Source: Candidatus Thorarchaeota archaeon (GTDB lineage: Archaea > Asgardarchaeota > Thorarchaeia > Thorarchaeales > Thorarchaeaceae). Taken from it: 50,856 bases of DNA. Within the stretch, counting starts at the first letter, position 1; each line of letters begins with the position of its first letter. The notes under the pieces were generated by a model. That model made no database searches, had not been told where the DNA came from, and saw nothing but the letters and a program-made list of their open reading frames with translations. Location of the stretch: NCBI GenBank assembly GCA_004524435.1, contig SDNO01000001.1, positions 1 to 50,856 of the forward strand. The letters run 5' to 3'. The translations under genes were made by a program, and so were the position numbers. Below are positions 28,055-36,639 of the stretch, one piece after another.

Positions 28055-28296
28055 TTACCTAGAGAGTAGGTCTGTGCATCAGTTTCATCTGACTAAGCCT
28101 GGATTCCAAATTGTCATGGACTGTCTTATCCACATTAGGAATTTCACGGTGGGTCAGACGACGGACAAAGGCTTTTATGAGACTAAACTTTTATCACCTT
28201 CAACCTCCCGAGGCTAGGCCGGAGGCCCGAGGGATATTCTGCTCTCTGTGGGTCTCATCAAACCATGGGCAAGCAGTGAATCTATGAGGTGATCCA

Positions 28297-28860
28297 GTGA
28301 GAAAGGACGACAAGGGGCGAATACATCTAAAGCTGGTATTCTATGGTCCAAGCCTAGGTGGGAAGACAACTGCCCTTCGCTGGCTTTATGGCAAAGTTGA
28401 GGGTCTACAGAAAGGGGAGTTCACTGCAATTGAAGATGAGACAAACCGAACTCTGTTTTTCGACTATGTACCAATGAGTGCCGGAGGAAGAGTTCTGTTT
28501 GATGTCTTCACCGTCGCCGGGCAAAAGCGGCATAGACATCAGCGAAAGGTCGTATTGCAGGGCACCGACGGTATTCTGTTTGTCGCAGATTCTTCACCTG
28601 ACCAACGTGATGAGAATACGGAGAGCTTCGAAGAGCTAAAACTGTTTCTTGGAGATGCTCTGGGCAGAGAGATCCCCATTGTCGTAATGCTGAACAAACG
28701 CGATCTGCCCAATCGAATGTCCCGTGATGAAATGCTTGACCTCCTTGGTCTGGGCGGCAATGTACCCATCTATGAAACCATTGCTATTCAAGGCGTAGGA
28801 GTTAAGAGAGCATTTCAGGCTATAGCAAGAGAGGTAATCCTCAAAAGGATGTACAAGTAG
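28297..28860 (+). CDS. MglA-family small Ras-like GTPase
   Basis: G1 GPSLGGKT, switch I TNRTLFFDYVPMS, MglA-type G3 FTVAGQ (Thr replaces the usual Asp), GTDGILFVADS, G4 NKRDLPN. The GTG start lies 1 nt after a 10-nt Shine-Dalgarno GAGGTGATCC. Confidence 0.92.
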   Translation: MRKDDKGRIHLKLVFYGPSLGGKTTALRWLYGKVEGLQKGEFTAIEDETNRTLFFDYVPMSAGGRVLFDVFTVAGQKRHRHQRKVVLQGTDGILFVADSSPDQRDENTESFEELKLFLGDALGREIPIVVMLNKRDLPNRMSRDEMLDLLGLGGNVPIYETIAIQGVGVKRAFQAIAREVILKRMYK

Positions 28861-28876
28861 AGCCAGGTGAAATGAT

Positions 28877-29248
28877 ATGAGCGAATCCCGTGGAGAAACC
28901 CTTGAAGGTGTTCTAAACGAGCTACAGGGCAGTATCCCTGAGATTGAGGCTTGTGCCATTGTCAGTGTAGAGGGATTACCAATCGTTTCGGCTCTTCCAG
29001 CTGATGTGGATGAGGCAAAACTGGCCGCAATTACGGCTGCAATGTTGACCCTCGGCGAGAAGGCAGCCGTTGAACTCGGAAAAGGTGAACTTGAGCAGGT
29101 CAATGTGAAAGGCAAAGAGGGGTGGGTTCTTGTTGTACAGGCCGGCATGAATGCCTGCCTCACGGTCTCAACGACCGGCACGGCGAAACTCGGTCTCGTA
29201 TTTCTTGATATGAAGCGGGCAGCCGAGAAAGTCGCTACGATGATTTAG
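28877..29248 (+). CDS. Roadblock/LC7 (MglB-like) domain protein
   Basis: LNELQGSIPEIEACAIVSVEGLPIVSA...LEQVNVKGKEGWVLVVQAG. It starts 16 nt after the GTPase stop, with an AGGTGA Shine-Dalgarno. Confidence 0.87.
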   Translation: MSESRGETLEGVLNELQGSIPEIEACAIVSVEGLPIVSALPADVDEAKLAAITAAMLTLGEKAAVELGKGELEQVNVKGKEGWVLVVQAGMNACLTVSTTGTAKLGLVFLDMKRAAEKVATMI

Positions 29249-29324
29249 GTCACATTTTCTCCTATCATCAACTCTTTTAGGGTACTGTCAGGTTTTCTAT
29301 TCGTAGACAAGAGAGTGTTCCTCA

Positions 29325-30092
29325 GTGAATATCACAGGTCCTATGTATCGCCTCTATGAGTACGTACTGTACAGACAGCTCAGCCGAGACAAGGCGCCAA
29401 AACACGTGGGAGTCATTCTAGACGGAAATAGGCGATACGCTCGAGAGCATGGATACGATGTCCCCTGGTTTGGACATCGCAAAGGTGCTCAGAAGGTCAT
29501 GGAGGTCCTCCGAATCTTATGGGAGGCCGGCGTGGAGATTTGCACTCTCTATGCATTCTCGGTTGAGAACTTTCAGAGAAACGAGAATGAGGTCTCCGAA
29601 ATAATGGAGATTGCTAAGGAGAAATTCGGAGAGGTAGTGGATAATCCCGACATCCATCGTCACGAAGTGCGAATAAAGGCAATCGGGCGTGTTGATCTTT
29701 TGCCGCCTGATGTTCAGGAAGCCATAGCAGCAGCTGAGGCAGAAACAGCTCGATATGAGAAACATATTCTAAATGTGGCAATTGGGTATTCAGGCCGAGC
29801 AGAGGTGGTGGACGCAGTCCAAGCAATCGGAATGAAGATCCAAGAGGGAGATCTTGCTCCCTCTGAAGTTGATGAGAGTATTATCGAACAACATCTCTAT
29901 ACATATGGCATTCCAGACCCTGATCTGATAATCCGGACTTCTGGCGAGGAGCGATTGTCCGGATTCTTGCTCTGGCAGTCTGCCTATTCTGAGCTATATT
30001 TTGCTCAGATTTATTGGCCCGCAGTCAGACGCATTGACATCTGGCGTGCCCTACGGTCATATGAACGCAGATCTAGAAGATATGGTACCTAG
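29325..30092 (+). CDS. uppS: cis-prenyltransferase (undecaprenyl/dolichyl-type diphosphate synthase)
   Basis: HVGVILDGNRRYA and RTSGEERLSGFLLWQSAYSELYF. Confidence 0.93.
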   Translation: MNITGPMYRLYEYVLYRQLSRDKAPKHVGVILDGNRRYAREHGYDVPWFGHRKGAQKVMEVLRILWEAGVEICTLYAFSVENFQRNENEVSEIMEIAKEKFGEVVDNPDIHRHEVRIKAIGRVDLLPPDVQEAIAAAEAETARYEKHILNVAIGYSGRAEVVDAVQAIGMKIQEGDLAPSEVDESIIEQHLYTYGIPDPDLIIRTSGEERLSGFLLWQSAYSELYFAQIYWPAVRRIDIWRALRSYERRSRRYGT

Positions 30093-30174
30093 AAGTCTGT
30101 CTATCTATCCGATTGGATTACACAGCGTTTTATATGTCCCGTCAGAGGATTCTATCCGTTAGCCAGTATGCGGC

Positions 30175-31410
30175 ATGATGCTTCCCGTACTCCAAGGAGA
30201 ACATGTGGAATTGACGCGAAACCCACTTGAAACATACGAAGGGCTGCTCAGCAGTAATCTAACGGATGAGATTCAATCGTACATCGTGAAAGTCATCAGT
30301 AGATACTCTGATGCCGATTTTGCTGATGAAGAGTTCTCCACCCACTTAGGTCGTTTCGTTGAGATTGTATGTCGCCTCATCTCACATCTGAATCGCCGAA
30401 AAGAGCCCACTCTCACCGATCTTATGCAGGCAATGGATGTTCTGGACCACTTCGCCTCCACTACCCGTTGGTGGAACATGGCTCGTTCCTCGCCTGGGAT
30501 AATCCTGCGGCCGGCAACCCGGGACCCCCGTGAATTCATACGATCTATTCCCTCTGTACGACTAGGCAGTGAAACCATCAGCAGGATAAAGGGGGCATCC
30601 GATCGGCTGTCATCTTTTCTGGATGAACACGAAATCGCCAGCTCAAGCACTCGGGAGCATCTACAAAGATGCATGATGTCCACATGGACCCTTCTCAGCG
30701 CATTCTGTTGCAAGAGTCAAGGACGTAACGTATCCTCTGAATCAGATTTCGAGACCGCATACGACATTCTCAGAATCCTCCTTTTCCATACTCCTAGTGT
30801 AGATTTTGCTGCACTGAGTGCAATCAGGATTATAGCTACCAGTTCCCGCCTTCCACAGATTGCTGATGTCAATTTTTCGCCAGGTTTCGAGAAGAAACTT
30901 GAGTCTTCCACAGCGGCAAGACTGGAAACTACGCATGGCGAATACCTCGGAGATGCAGGCGATACAGTCCCGAGAGCATCTCGTGCTATTCTCACAAACT
31001 CAATCAGGCTGCTTGCGCAGATTGAAGCTGCAAACCTTGGCATTGACAGAATCGAAGAGAGTGACTACGACACGGTGACCATGGGCGCCCTCAGTCTCTT
31101 GGAGCGGGTGCGTATCGACCCAGAGGTCTTCCTCGATGAGAATGCTGTGGTTGGCCTATTCAGAAGACTCAGGCCAGCAGAAGAGGGAATCGGTGAAGGA
31201 CTAGCACTTCTGACACGAAAGCTTGAGAGCCTCATTGTTGACTCTACAGGCAATCGCAATTTCTTGCTTCAACATGCAAGGGTGGTCCCTCGGATGGTAG
31301 CCCTTCTCCTGTTAGTCTCGAGCGGTACCAAGTCCCCTGAGGATGACGGGTTAAGAGACATCGACTTGAAGAGAGGTCTGATTCTGCTGGAGAAGCTAAT
31401 CAGTGACTAG
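30175..31410 (+). CDS. Hypothetical all-helical protein built from four AAA+-lid-like repeats
   Basis: 411-aa ORF with a roughly 100-aa internal periodicity. See finding. Confidence 0.7.
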   Translation: MMLPVLQGEHVELTRNPLETYEGLLSSNLTDEIQSYIVKVISRYSDADFADEEFSTHLGRFVEIVCRLISHLNRRKEPTLTDLMQAMDVLDHFASTTRWWNMARSSPGIILRPATRDPREFIRSIPSVRLGSETISRIKGASDRLSSFLDEHEIASSSTREHLQRCMMSTWTLLSAFCCKSQGRNVSSESDFETAYDILRILLFHTPSVDFAALSAIRIIATSSRLPQIADVNFSPGFEKKLESSTAARLETTHGEYLGDAGDTVPRASRAILTNSIRLLAQIEAANLGIDRIEESDYDTVTMGALSLLERVRIDPEVFLDENAVVGLFRRLRPAEEGIGEGLALLTRKLESLIVDSTGNRNFLLQHARVVPRMVALLLLVSSGTKSPEDDGLRDIDLKRGLILLEKLISD

Positions 31411-32137
31411 CGTTTTCCTCATCATCGATGAGGATTCGCGCGTCGACGACAAGGGCTCCTTTCCCTTTTTCATAAACAAACGTCGGATTACAGTCTAATT
31501 CCCTTATCTCTGGGTTCTCATCCACCATCTTAGAGACTGACATAATCACGTCCACAAGCGCATCCACGTCGCGGGGCTTCTGCCCCCTTACTCCTTCCAG
31601 AATCTTCGATGCCTTAATCTCCCCTATCATTTCTCTTGCATCTGTCTGGCTGAGAGGAATAAGTCGGAATGTCACATCCTTTAACACTTCTACGAATATC
31701 CCACCTAGTCCAAACATAAGGGCATGTCCAAACTGTGGGTCGTGAGTAACACCCACAATAACCTCGGTCCCCATCTCAGCGAACTGTGAGATGAAGACAC
31801 CACGGCTAAGGTCGACCTCCGTATCGTTCTTCTTGCCGTATTCCTTTGCATTCTTCATAATCTCATCGAATGCCTCTCTGACTTCGTCGTCGCTCTTCAG
31901 GTTAATCTTTACTCCGCCGGCATCCGACTTATGAAGAACATCCTTGGAGAGAATCTTCAACACGACTGGATATCCAATTTTGCTTGCCTTTTTCACTGCC
32001 TCATCAACAGTAGCCGCCGTATCGTATTCTGGGATAGGAATCCCGTAGGAACTCATGATGTCCTTGGCTTCATGTTCAAGCACGAAGGATCGTCCTTCTT
32101 CTCTTGCCTCTTCGAAAATCTTCTTTGCACTTTTCAT
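31400..32137 (-). CDS. acdB: Acetyl-CoA synthetase (ADP-forming), beta subunit (ATP-grasp)
   Basis: EHEAKDIMSSYGIPIPEY...GYPVVLKILSKDVLHKSDAGGVKINL. Confidence 0.88.
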   Translation of the reverse strand: MKSAKKIFEEAREEGRSFVLEHEAKDIMSSYGIPIPEYDTAATVDEAVKKASKIGYPVVLKILSKDVLHKSDAGGVKINLKSDDEVREAFDEIMKNAKEYGKKNDTEVDLSRGVFISQFAEMGTEVIVGVTHDPQFGHALMFGLGGIFVEVLKDVTFRLIPLSQTDAREMIGEIKASKILEGVRGQKPRDVDALVDVIMSVSKMVDENPEIRELDCNPTFVYEKGKGALVVDARILIDDEENASH

Positions 32138-32182
32138 GACAGTTTCAGACCTCTTTCTCTGGTTTTCAAACCCCTCTGCTAT

Positions 32183-33628
32183 TTATGAATTGTTCACAGT
32201 CTTCTTGAAGCTCTCGCCGTACTTCACTTCGCCATACTCAGCCAACGCTTTAGCTGCTAGAGCAGCTCTCTCGCCTGTATCATACGTTGGCACCCCCATG
32301 AGCTCCATGATCTCTCCCGCCTTGATTGTGAAACCTCCTCCCATGGAAACCACAACGAATGGCACATCTGATGCTCGCTGGTGGTTGGCAATGACATTCG
32401 TGATATCCATGCCGAGACTTGGCGTTTGCATCAACATTCCAACGAGAACGATGTCATATTCCTGTGTCCTAAGGGCCTCTTCGAAAACGGTATCATACCG
32501 GGATGAATCGCTGTCTCCTACAACATCTACGGGGTTGCCTATGGCGCAGTATGCCGGCAGTCTTTCACGCAACCGGTTTCTGAGTTCAGAAGAAGGATGT
32601 GGTATCGCCAACTCAAGGGCCTCTAGTGCATCCGTAGTCATGACTCCTAGGCCCCCCCCATTAGTAATCATGAGCACTCTGTCCCCTCTTGCAGGTGGTT
32701 GCATGGACAGAGCCTTTGCCATGTCAAACATCTGCTCAAAGTTGTCTGGCCTGATTATTCCCGCCTGTCGATATGCTGCGTCAGCAATATTGTCTGACCC
32801 AGCAAGTGAACCCGTGTGTGAACTTGCTGCCGCCTTTGCTCTTTCTCCTCTTCCTGATTTTACGACCAGTACTGGTTTGTCGGGGGTGACCATCTTTGCA
32901 TGCTTGAAGAAGGTTCTTCCCTTTCCAGGATCGTACCCCTCGGTGTAGAAACATATCACTTGGGTAGTCGGGTCCTCAGCGAGATAGCGAAGTAGATCGT
33001 CATCATCCACATCACACTTGTTACCCAGACTAATGATCTTGCTAATTCCCAAACCAAGTTCAGCAGTCCAATCAGAAATTGCAGCTGCAAACGCACCCGA
33101 CTGTGACACCAAGGAGATATTTGCAACGTTGCTGGCCTTTGGACGAGCACACCGAAACTCTGGGAGAAAGAATGTGTCGATGTGGGTATTCGTATCTACT
33201 ACCCCGACGCAGTTGGGTCCAATGATTCTGATGTGGTTCTCTTCGCCGATTCTTACGATTTCATCCTCGAGTTCTTCTCCTTTTGGGCCGATCTCCGAGA
33301 AGCCTCCGGATATTACAATTGCCGCCCCCGTTCCCTTTTTGGCTATATCCTCGAATACTCTCGGTGCAATCCGAGCAGGGACGGCCACAATAACCATGTC
33401 AACAGGGCTAGGTATATCCTGAAGGGATGGATAACAGGGGACTCCTAGCACTTGGTCATATTTCGGATTCACAGCATAGACTTTGCCAGTGTACTGTGGT
33501 TTGATGAAGTTCTGGAGTATTGCCTGCCCAACACTATTGGGGGTTGCTGAAGCTCCGTAGATGGCCACATTCTTTGCGTTGAAGAAAACATCAATCCCAT
33601 TCGTTGAGTCAGCTGACAATGATATCAC
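32183..33628 (-). CDS. acdA: Acetyl-CoA synthetase (ADP-forming), alpha subunit (CoA-binding/ligase-CoA domains)
   Basis: NVAIYGASATPNSVGQAI, IIGPNCVGVV, SHTGSLAGS (phosphohistidine loop). Confidence 0.9.
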   Translation of the reverse strand: MISLSADSTNGIDVFFNAKNVAIYGASATPNSVGQAILQNFIKPQYTGKVYAVNPKYDQVLGVPCYPSLQDIPSPVDMVIVAVPARIAPRVFEDIAKKGTGAAIVISGGFSEIGPKGEELEDEIVRIGEENHIRIIGPNCVGVVDTNTHIDTFFLPEFRCARPKASNVANISLVSQSGAFAAAISDWTAELGLGISKIISLGNKCDVDDDDLLRYLAEDPTTQVICFYTEGYDPGKGRTFFKHAKMVTPDKPVLVVKSGRGERAKAAASSHTGSLAGSDNIADAAYRQAGIIRPDNFEQMFDMAKALSMQPPARGDRVLMITNGGGLGVMTTDALEALELAIPHPSSELRNRLRERLPAYCAIGNPVDVVGDSDSSRYDTVFEEALRTQEYDIVLVGMLMQTPSLGMDITNVIANHQRASDVPFVVVSMGGGFTIKAGEIMELMGVPTYDTGERAALAAKALAEYGEVKYGESFKKTVNNS

Positions 33629-33746
33629 CCTGAGCCCATTACTGAGCAGCGATTCTGTTTCAATACAAGTACTACTTGTAGCTTCTCATGTGGTAGTCAT
33701 CATAACTCTAATAGCATCTGCCTATCCCCTTCACAACGGTATCATC

Positions 33747-34751
33747 TTGCCATTTGACATCATACAAGAAGGAAGAGAGATTCTACAGCTCAGTCCGGCC
33801 CAGCTGGAATCACGAATGAGGTCTGCATTCAAGATTAGGACCAAAGGTTTCGGTCGAACACTCTATTGCTACGGTCCAACAAGCTATCCCTATAACATCA
33901 AGGAGCACCAACAGAAGAGCAAGCATAATTTTCCCTCATTCAGCGTTACCGGCACCTCCTGTGCACTGCAGTGTGAGCATTGTAGTGGCCAGTTGCTAAG
34001 GGGGATGGATGCCACACTATCGCCTGATGAGCTGCTGAGTCGGTTCTCAGAGATAGCTGAGAAGGGTGGCACAGGGGCCCTTGTCAGTGGTGGATCCGAC
34101 GGCCAAGGGAGAGTTCCTCTCCTCCGTTTTGGAGATGCTATTGCGCAGGGCAAGGAGATGGGACTGGATATTGTGGTCCATACAGGAATCGTTGACGAAT
34201 CCACAGCTGAGATGCTGGCTGCTGCATCGGTGGATGCAGTGATGCTTGATATCATCGGTGATTCTCAGGTCATGAAGCAGGTATATCATCTGAGAGATGG
34301 AGTGAAGGCCATCCGCGCGAGCCTTGATATCCTCCATGCTCATCGCCTTCCGATAGTCCCGCATATTCTGGTGGGCTTGAACTACGGGGAGTTGAGCGGC
34401 GAGCTGAATGCCATTGACATGGTTTCTGGCTACGATCCTGCAGGACTTGTTGTCATCGCTCTCAGTCCCCTTCCTAAGACACCAATGGAACACATACAAC
34501 CCCCTGCCCCCGAGACTATTGGTCGTATCATGACAGTTGCACGATTTGCATTACCCAAGACGCCTCTCTTGCTAGGCTGTGCACGTCCGATGGGCGAACA
34601 TAAGATTCACACAGACAGGTATGCTGTCGACTCAGGAGCAAATGGAATTGCCTATGTGAGTCAGGAAGGGGTCGACTATGCAAGAGAACAATCGCTAGAA
34701 CCCGTGTTTCAAGATGTGTGCTGTAGCCTTGCTTCTCAGGCCTACACATAG
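33747..34751 (+). CDS. Radical SAM domain protein (BioB/HydE-like N-terminal layout, function unknown)
   Basis: CALQCEHC is a CX3CX2C cluster motif, followed by GGTGALVSGGSD. The start is uncertain: TTG at 33747 is chosen, ATG at 33816 is the alternative, and the longest ORF from 33561 overlaps acdA. Confidence 0.75.
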   Translation: MPFDIIQEGREILQLSPAQLESRMRSAFKIRTKGFGRTLYCYGPTSYPYNIKEHQQKSKHNFPSFSVTGTSCALQCEHCSGQLLRGMDATLSPDELLSRFSEIAEKGGTGALVSGGSDGQGRVPLLRFGDAIAQGKEMGLDIVVHTGIVDESTAEMLAAASVDAVMLDIIGDSQVMKQVYHLRDGVKAIRASLDILHAHRLPIVPHILVGLNYGELSGELNAIDMVSGYDPAGLVVIALSPLPKTPMEHIQPPAPETIGRIMTVARFALPKTPLLLGCARPMGEHKIHTDRYAVDSGANGIAYVSQEGVDYAREQSLEPVFQDVCCSLASQAYT

Positions 34752-35287
34752 TAGTCTCGCAACAATCGTCCCGCAATCTCATACCCAAAATCGAAGATCC
34801 AAATCCCAAACGCGGCGAAGAGAAATTCCTGCCATATGATGGACAGGAGTAGTGCAATGACTTTCAGTGTAAATCTATACTGGAAAAAGAGTGATGCCAG
34901 TGATAATCTGCTCTTGTCTGCCCAATTATTCCCTATCTCGTCCACTGCTGAGGCCAAAAACAGCATGGCAAGCAATATCACCCACTGGTAGAGGTCAGCA
35001 ATTGGAGGAATTCCTCGGACCCACAACACCAGGGCCAAGGTCACAAAGCCAATCCCGAACTGGGGGCGATTGACCTTCCCGGAGACAAGCACTCCGAGGA
35101 GAATAGACACCATCAAAACCAAGTCCCAGGAGGATCGGCTCATCAAGAACCCAAAGAGAAATCCCGAGATGGCCAGAGGAAGCCATGCAGAACGGGACTT
35201 ATCGGTTTCATCAAGTAAATCATCTCCAACTTTGAGAGTGAGTCCTGCAAGACCGTACGCCAGAATAGCAATCAAGACCTCGAACAT
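34742..35287 (-). CDS. Hypothetical integral membrane protein (about 6 TM)
   Basis: Strongly hydrophobic 181-aa ORF. No family recognised. Confidence 0.65.
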   Translation of the reverse strand: MFEVLIAILAYGLAGLTLKVGDDLLDETDKSRSAWLPLAISGFLFGFLMSRSSWDLVLMVSILLGVLVSGKVNRPQFGIGFVTLALVLWVRGIPPIADLYQWVILLAMLFLASAVDEIGNNWADKSRLSLASLFFQYRFTLKVIALLLSIIWQEFLFAAFGIWIFDFGYEIAGRLLRDYYV

Positions 35288-35430
35288 TAGAATCAGGCTT
35301 CTTTAGGACTAGTTGGTGGCTCCTCGGCTTAACTATGATTCGTCCTCGGGATATACCCTCAGATAGCCAAGATCGTCATCGGAGCCAAGAATAGTCATCA
35401 ATAGCAATCTGATAAAACTTGACACAAGCA

Positions 35431-35715
35431 CTATCGTAAGGTGACTTTGGTTCCTATTGCCTGTCCTGGCAAGTTTGTACGGAACTTTGCTCTCACTGCA
35501 CCACTGTTGCCATGTGGTGCCAGTACCTTGCCCAAGAACTCACGACCGGTTCCCGAAATCCATTCAACCTTTCTACCGACGATAGTAGCCGCCTCACTTC
35601 GTGATGAGATCCCGTCGAACAGCAGGATAACTTGGTTTGGGTGTTGTAGATGCTTGCTTCTTCTGTAGCTTGTGACTACACCCCTACGGCCTTTCAACGT
35701 TTCACTCTTTGACAT
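35431..35715 (-). CDS. rpl35ae: 50S ribosomal protein L35Ae
   Basis: VVTSYRRSKHLQHPNQVILL...HGNSGAVRAKFRTNLPGQAIGTKV. The internal ATG gives the usual ~94 aa; the longest ORF starts at 35766. Confidence 0.9.
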   Translation of the reverse strand: MSKSETLKGRRGVVTSYRRSKHLQHPNQVILLFDGISSRSEAATIVGRKVEWISGTGREFLGKVLAPHGNSGAVRAKFRTNLPGQAIGTKVTLR

Positions 35716-35811
35716 TTCCGGAATTCCCCGTGCAATCAGTTCTCGTTGACGCGCTAGAGTCCCCATTTAAGACTTGCTGAATGAGCTACTCGACGTGGAA
35801 TGCTGCTTTGT

Positions 35812-36438
35812 CTAGGTTTCTATCCCAGGTCCCTCATCCGCAGCTTCAAGCTCTGCTTTCTCCCTTCCGCTTCTCTCTGCAATCTCATCTTCCTTCTCGA
35901 GAATGGTGTCACGGACCGACCACCCCATCTTGTCCTGCCGCTGCGCAATCTGAAAGAGTGCAAACCATACCCGTCCCTTTGAATCTGAATCCGAAGTCAG
36001 GAGTTCGTCAATAATACTTCTTGCACCCTCAATGAGATATTCCGCATCTTCCAGCCGCTGCTCTACTCTTCTCTTTGCCTTAATCAGGTTCTGAACACGT
36101 CGTGCTACAAGAACTGCTCCGACTACTGCAACTACCATAATGAGTAGGATGAGGGGAAGGAGTTCCATCACCACATACAGACTATCAGCAATTACTGCAT
36201 AGATTACAACCGCCGCAATGGCCAATAGGTTGACAACCAAGGATTCCGATACAGCTCTCCCGATACTACTTACTCGCCAACCGTAGTATTTCGACAGCGT
36301 TCCGCTTGGTTCACGAAAGTGCGTAATATCGCGCACATAATTGTTTCGTGCTTTGCGGACTACAAACATCCACATAAACTGAAATCCCAGAGCGACGATA
36401 ATGATTATCCATGCAAGGTTGTCAAGTATCAATTGCAT
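35812..36438 (-). CDS. Hypothetical membrane protein (3-4 TM) with a charged helical cytoplasmic tail
   Basis: Hydrophobic N-terminal two-thirds, then a coiled-coil-like tail. No family recognised. Confidence 0.65.
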   Translation of the reverse strand: MQLILDNLAWIIIIVALGFQFMWMFVVRKARNNYVRDITHFREPSGTLSKYYGWRVSSIGRAVSESLVVNLLAIAAVVIYAVIADSLYVVMELLPLILLIMVVAVVGAVLVARRVQNLIKAKRRVEQRLEDAEYLIEGARSIIDELLTSDSDSKGRVWFALFQIAQRQDKMGWSVRDTILEKEDEIAERSGREKAELEAADEGPGIET

Positions 36439-36639
36439 AGTTATGCCTCATCGCCTCTTGTTTAAAGCCTATTGAATGCCGAATTCTCCCTATTACTTTC
36501 ACCCCTCTCTCCAGTATGATAAGGTTCGCCCGACAAGACGACCACATCGCGGAATCCTGAACCGTCTTCTGATCCCACTTAACACAGTAATTAGTTACGG
36601 AATGCGTGGGTTCGGGTCCGAATCTCCCGGTGGAGGCCT

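Noticed and set aside
27259-28152. Shared 10-mer ATTTCACGGT at the 27256 Roadblock start and in the 28055-28296 spacer
   Set aside because: Many chance 10-mer repeats are expected in 50 kb, and the flanks do not align. One copy lies inside coding sequence.
32055-32948. 297-aa plus-strand ORF
   Set aside because: It lies entirely antisense to the well-supported acdA/acdB genes, has a low-complexity Ser/Pro/Ala-rich translation and carries no recognisable motif.
33561-33746. N-terminal extension of the radical-SAM ORF
   Set aside because: It overlaps the acdA start region on the opposite strand. The translation is hydrophobic and low-complexity, and it would leave no promoter space for either divergent gene.
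36516-36572. Possible C/D-box sRNA (ATGATAA ... CTGA ... CTGA)
   Set aside because: The C box is degenerate and there is no C' box. The two CTGA boxes are only 8 nt apart, not the roughly 12-nt guide spacing. There is no terminal stem.
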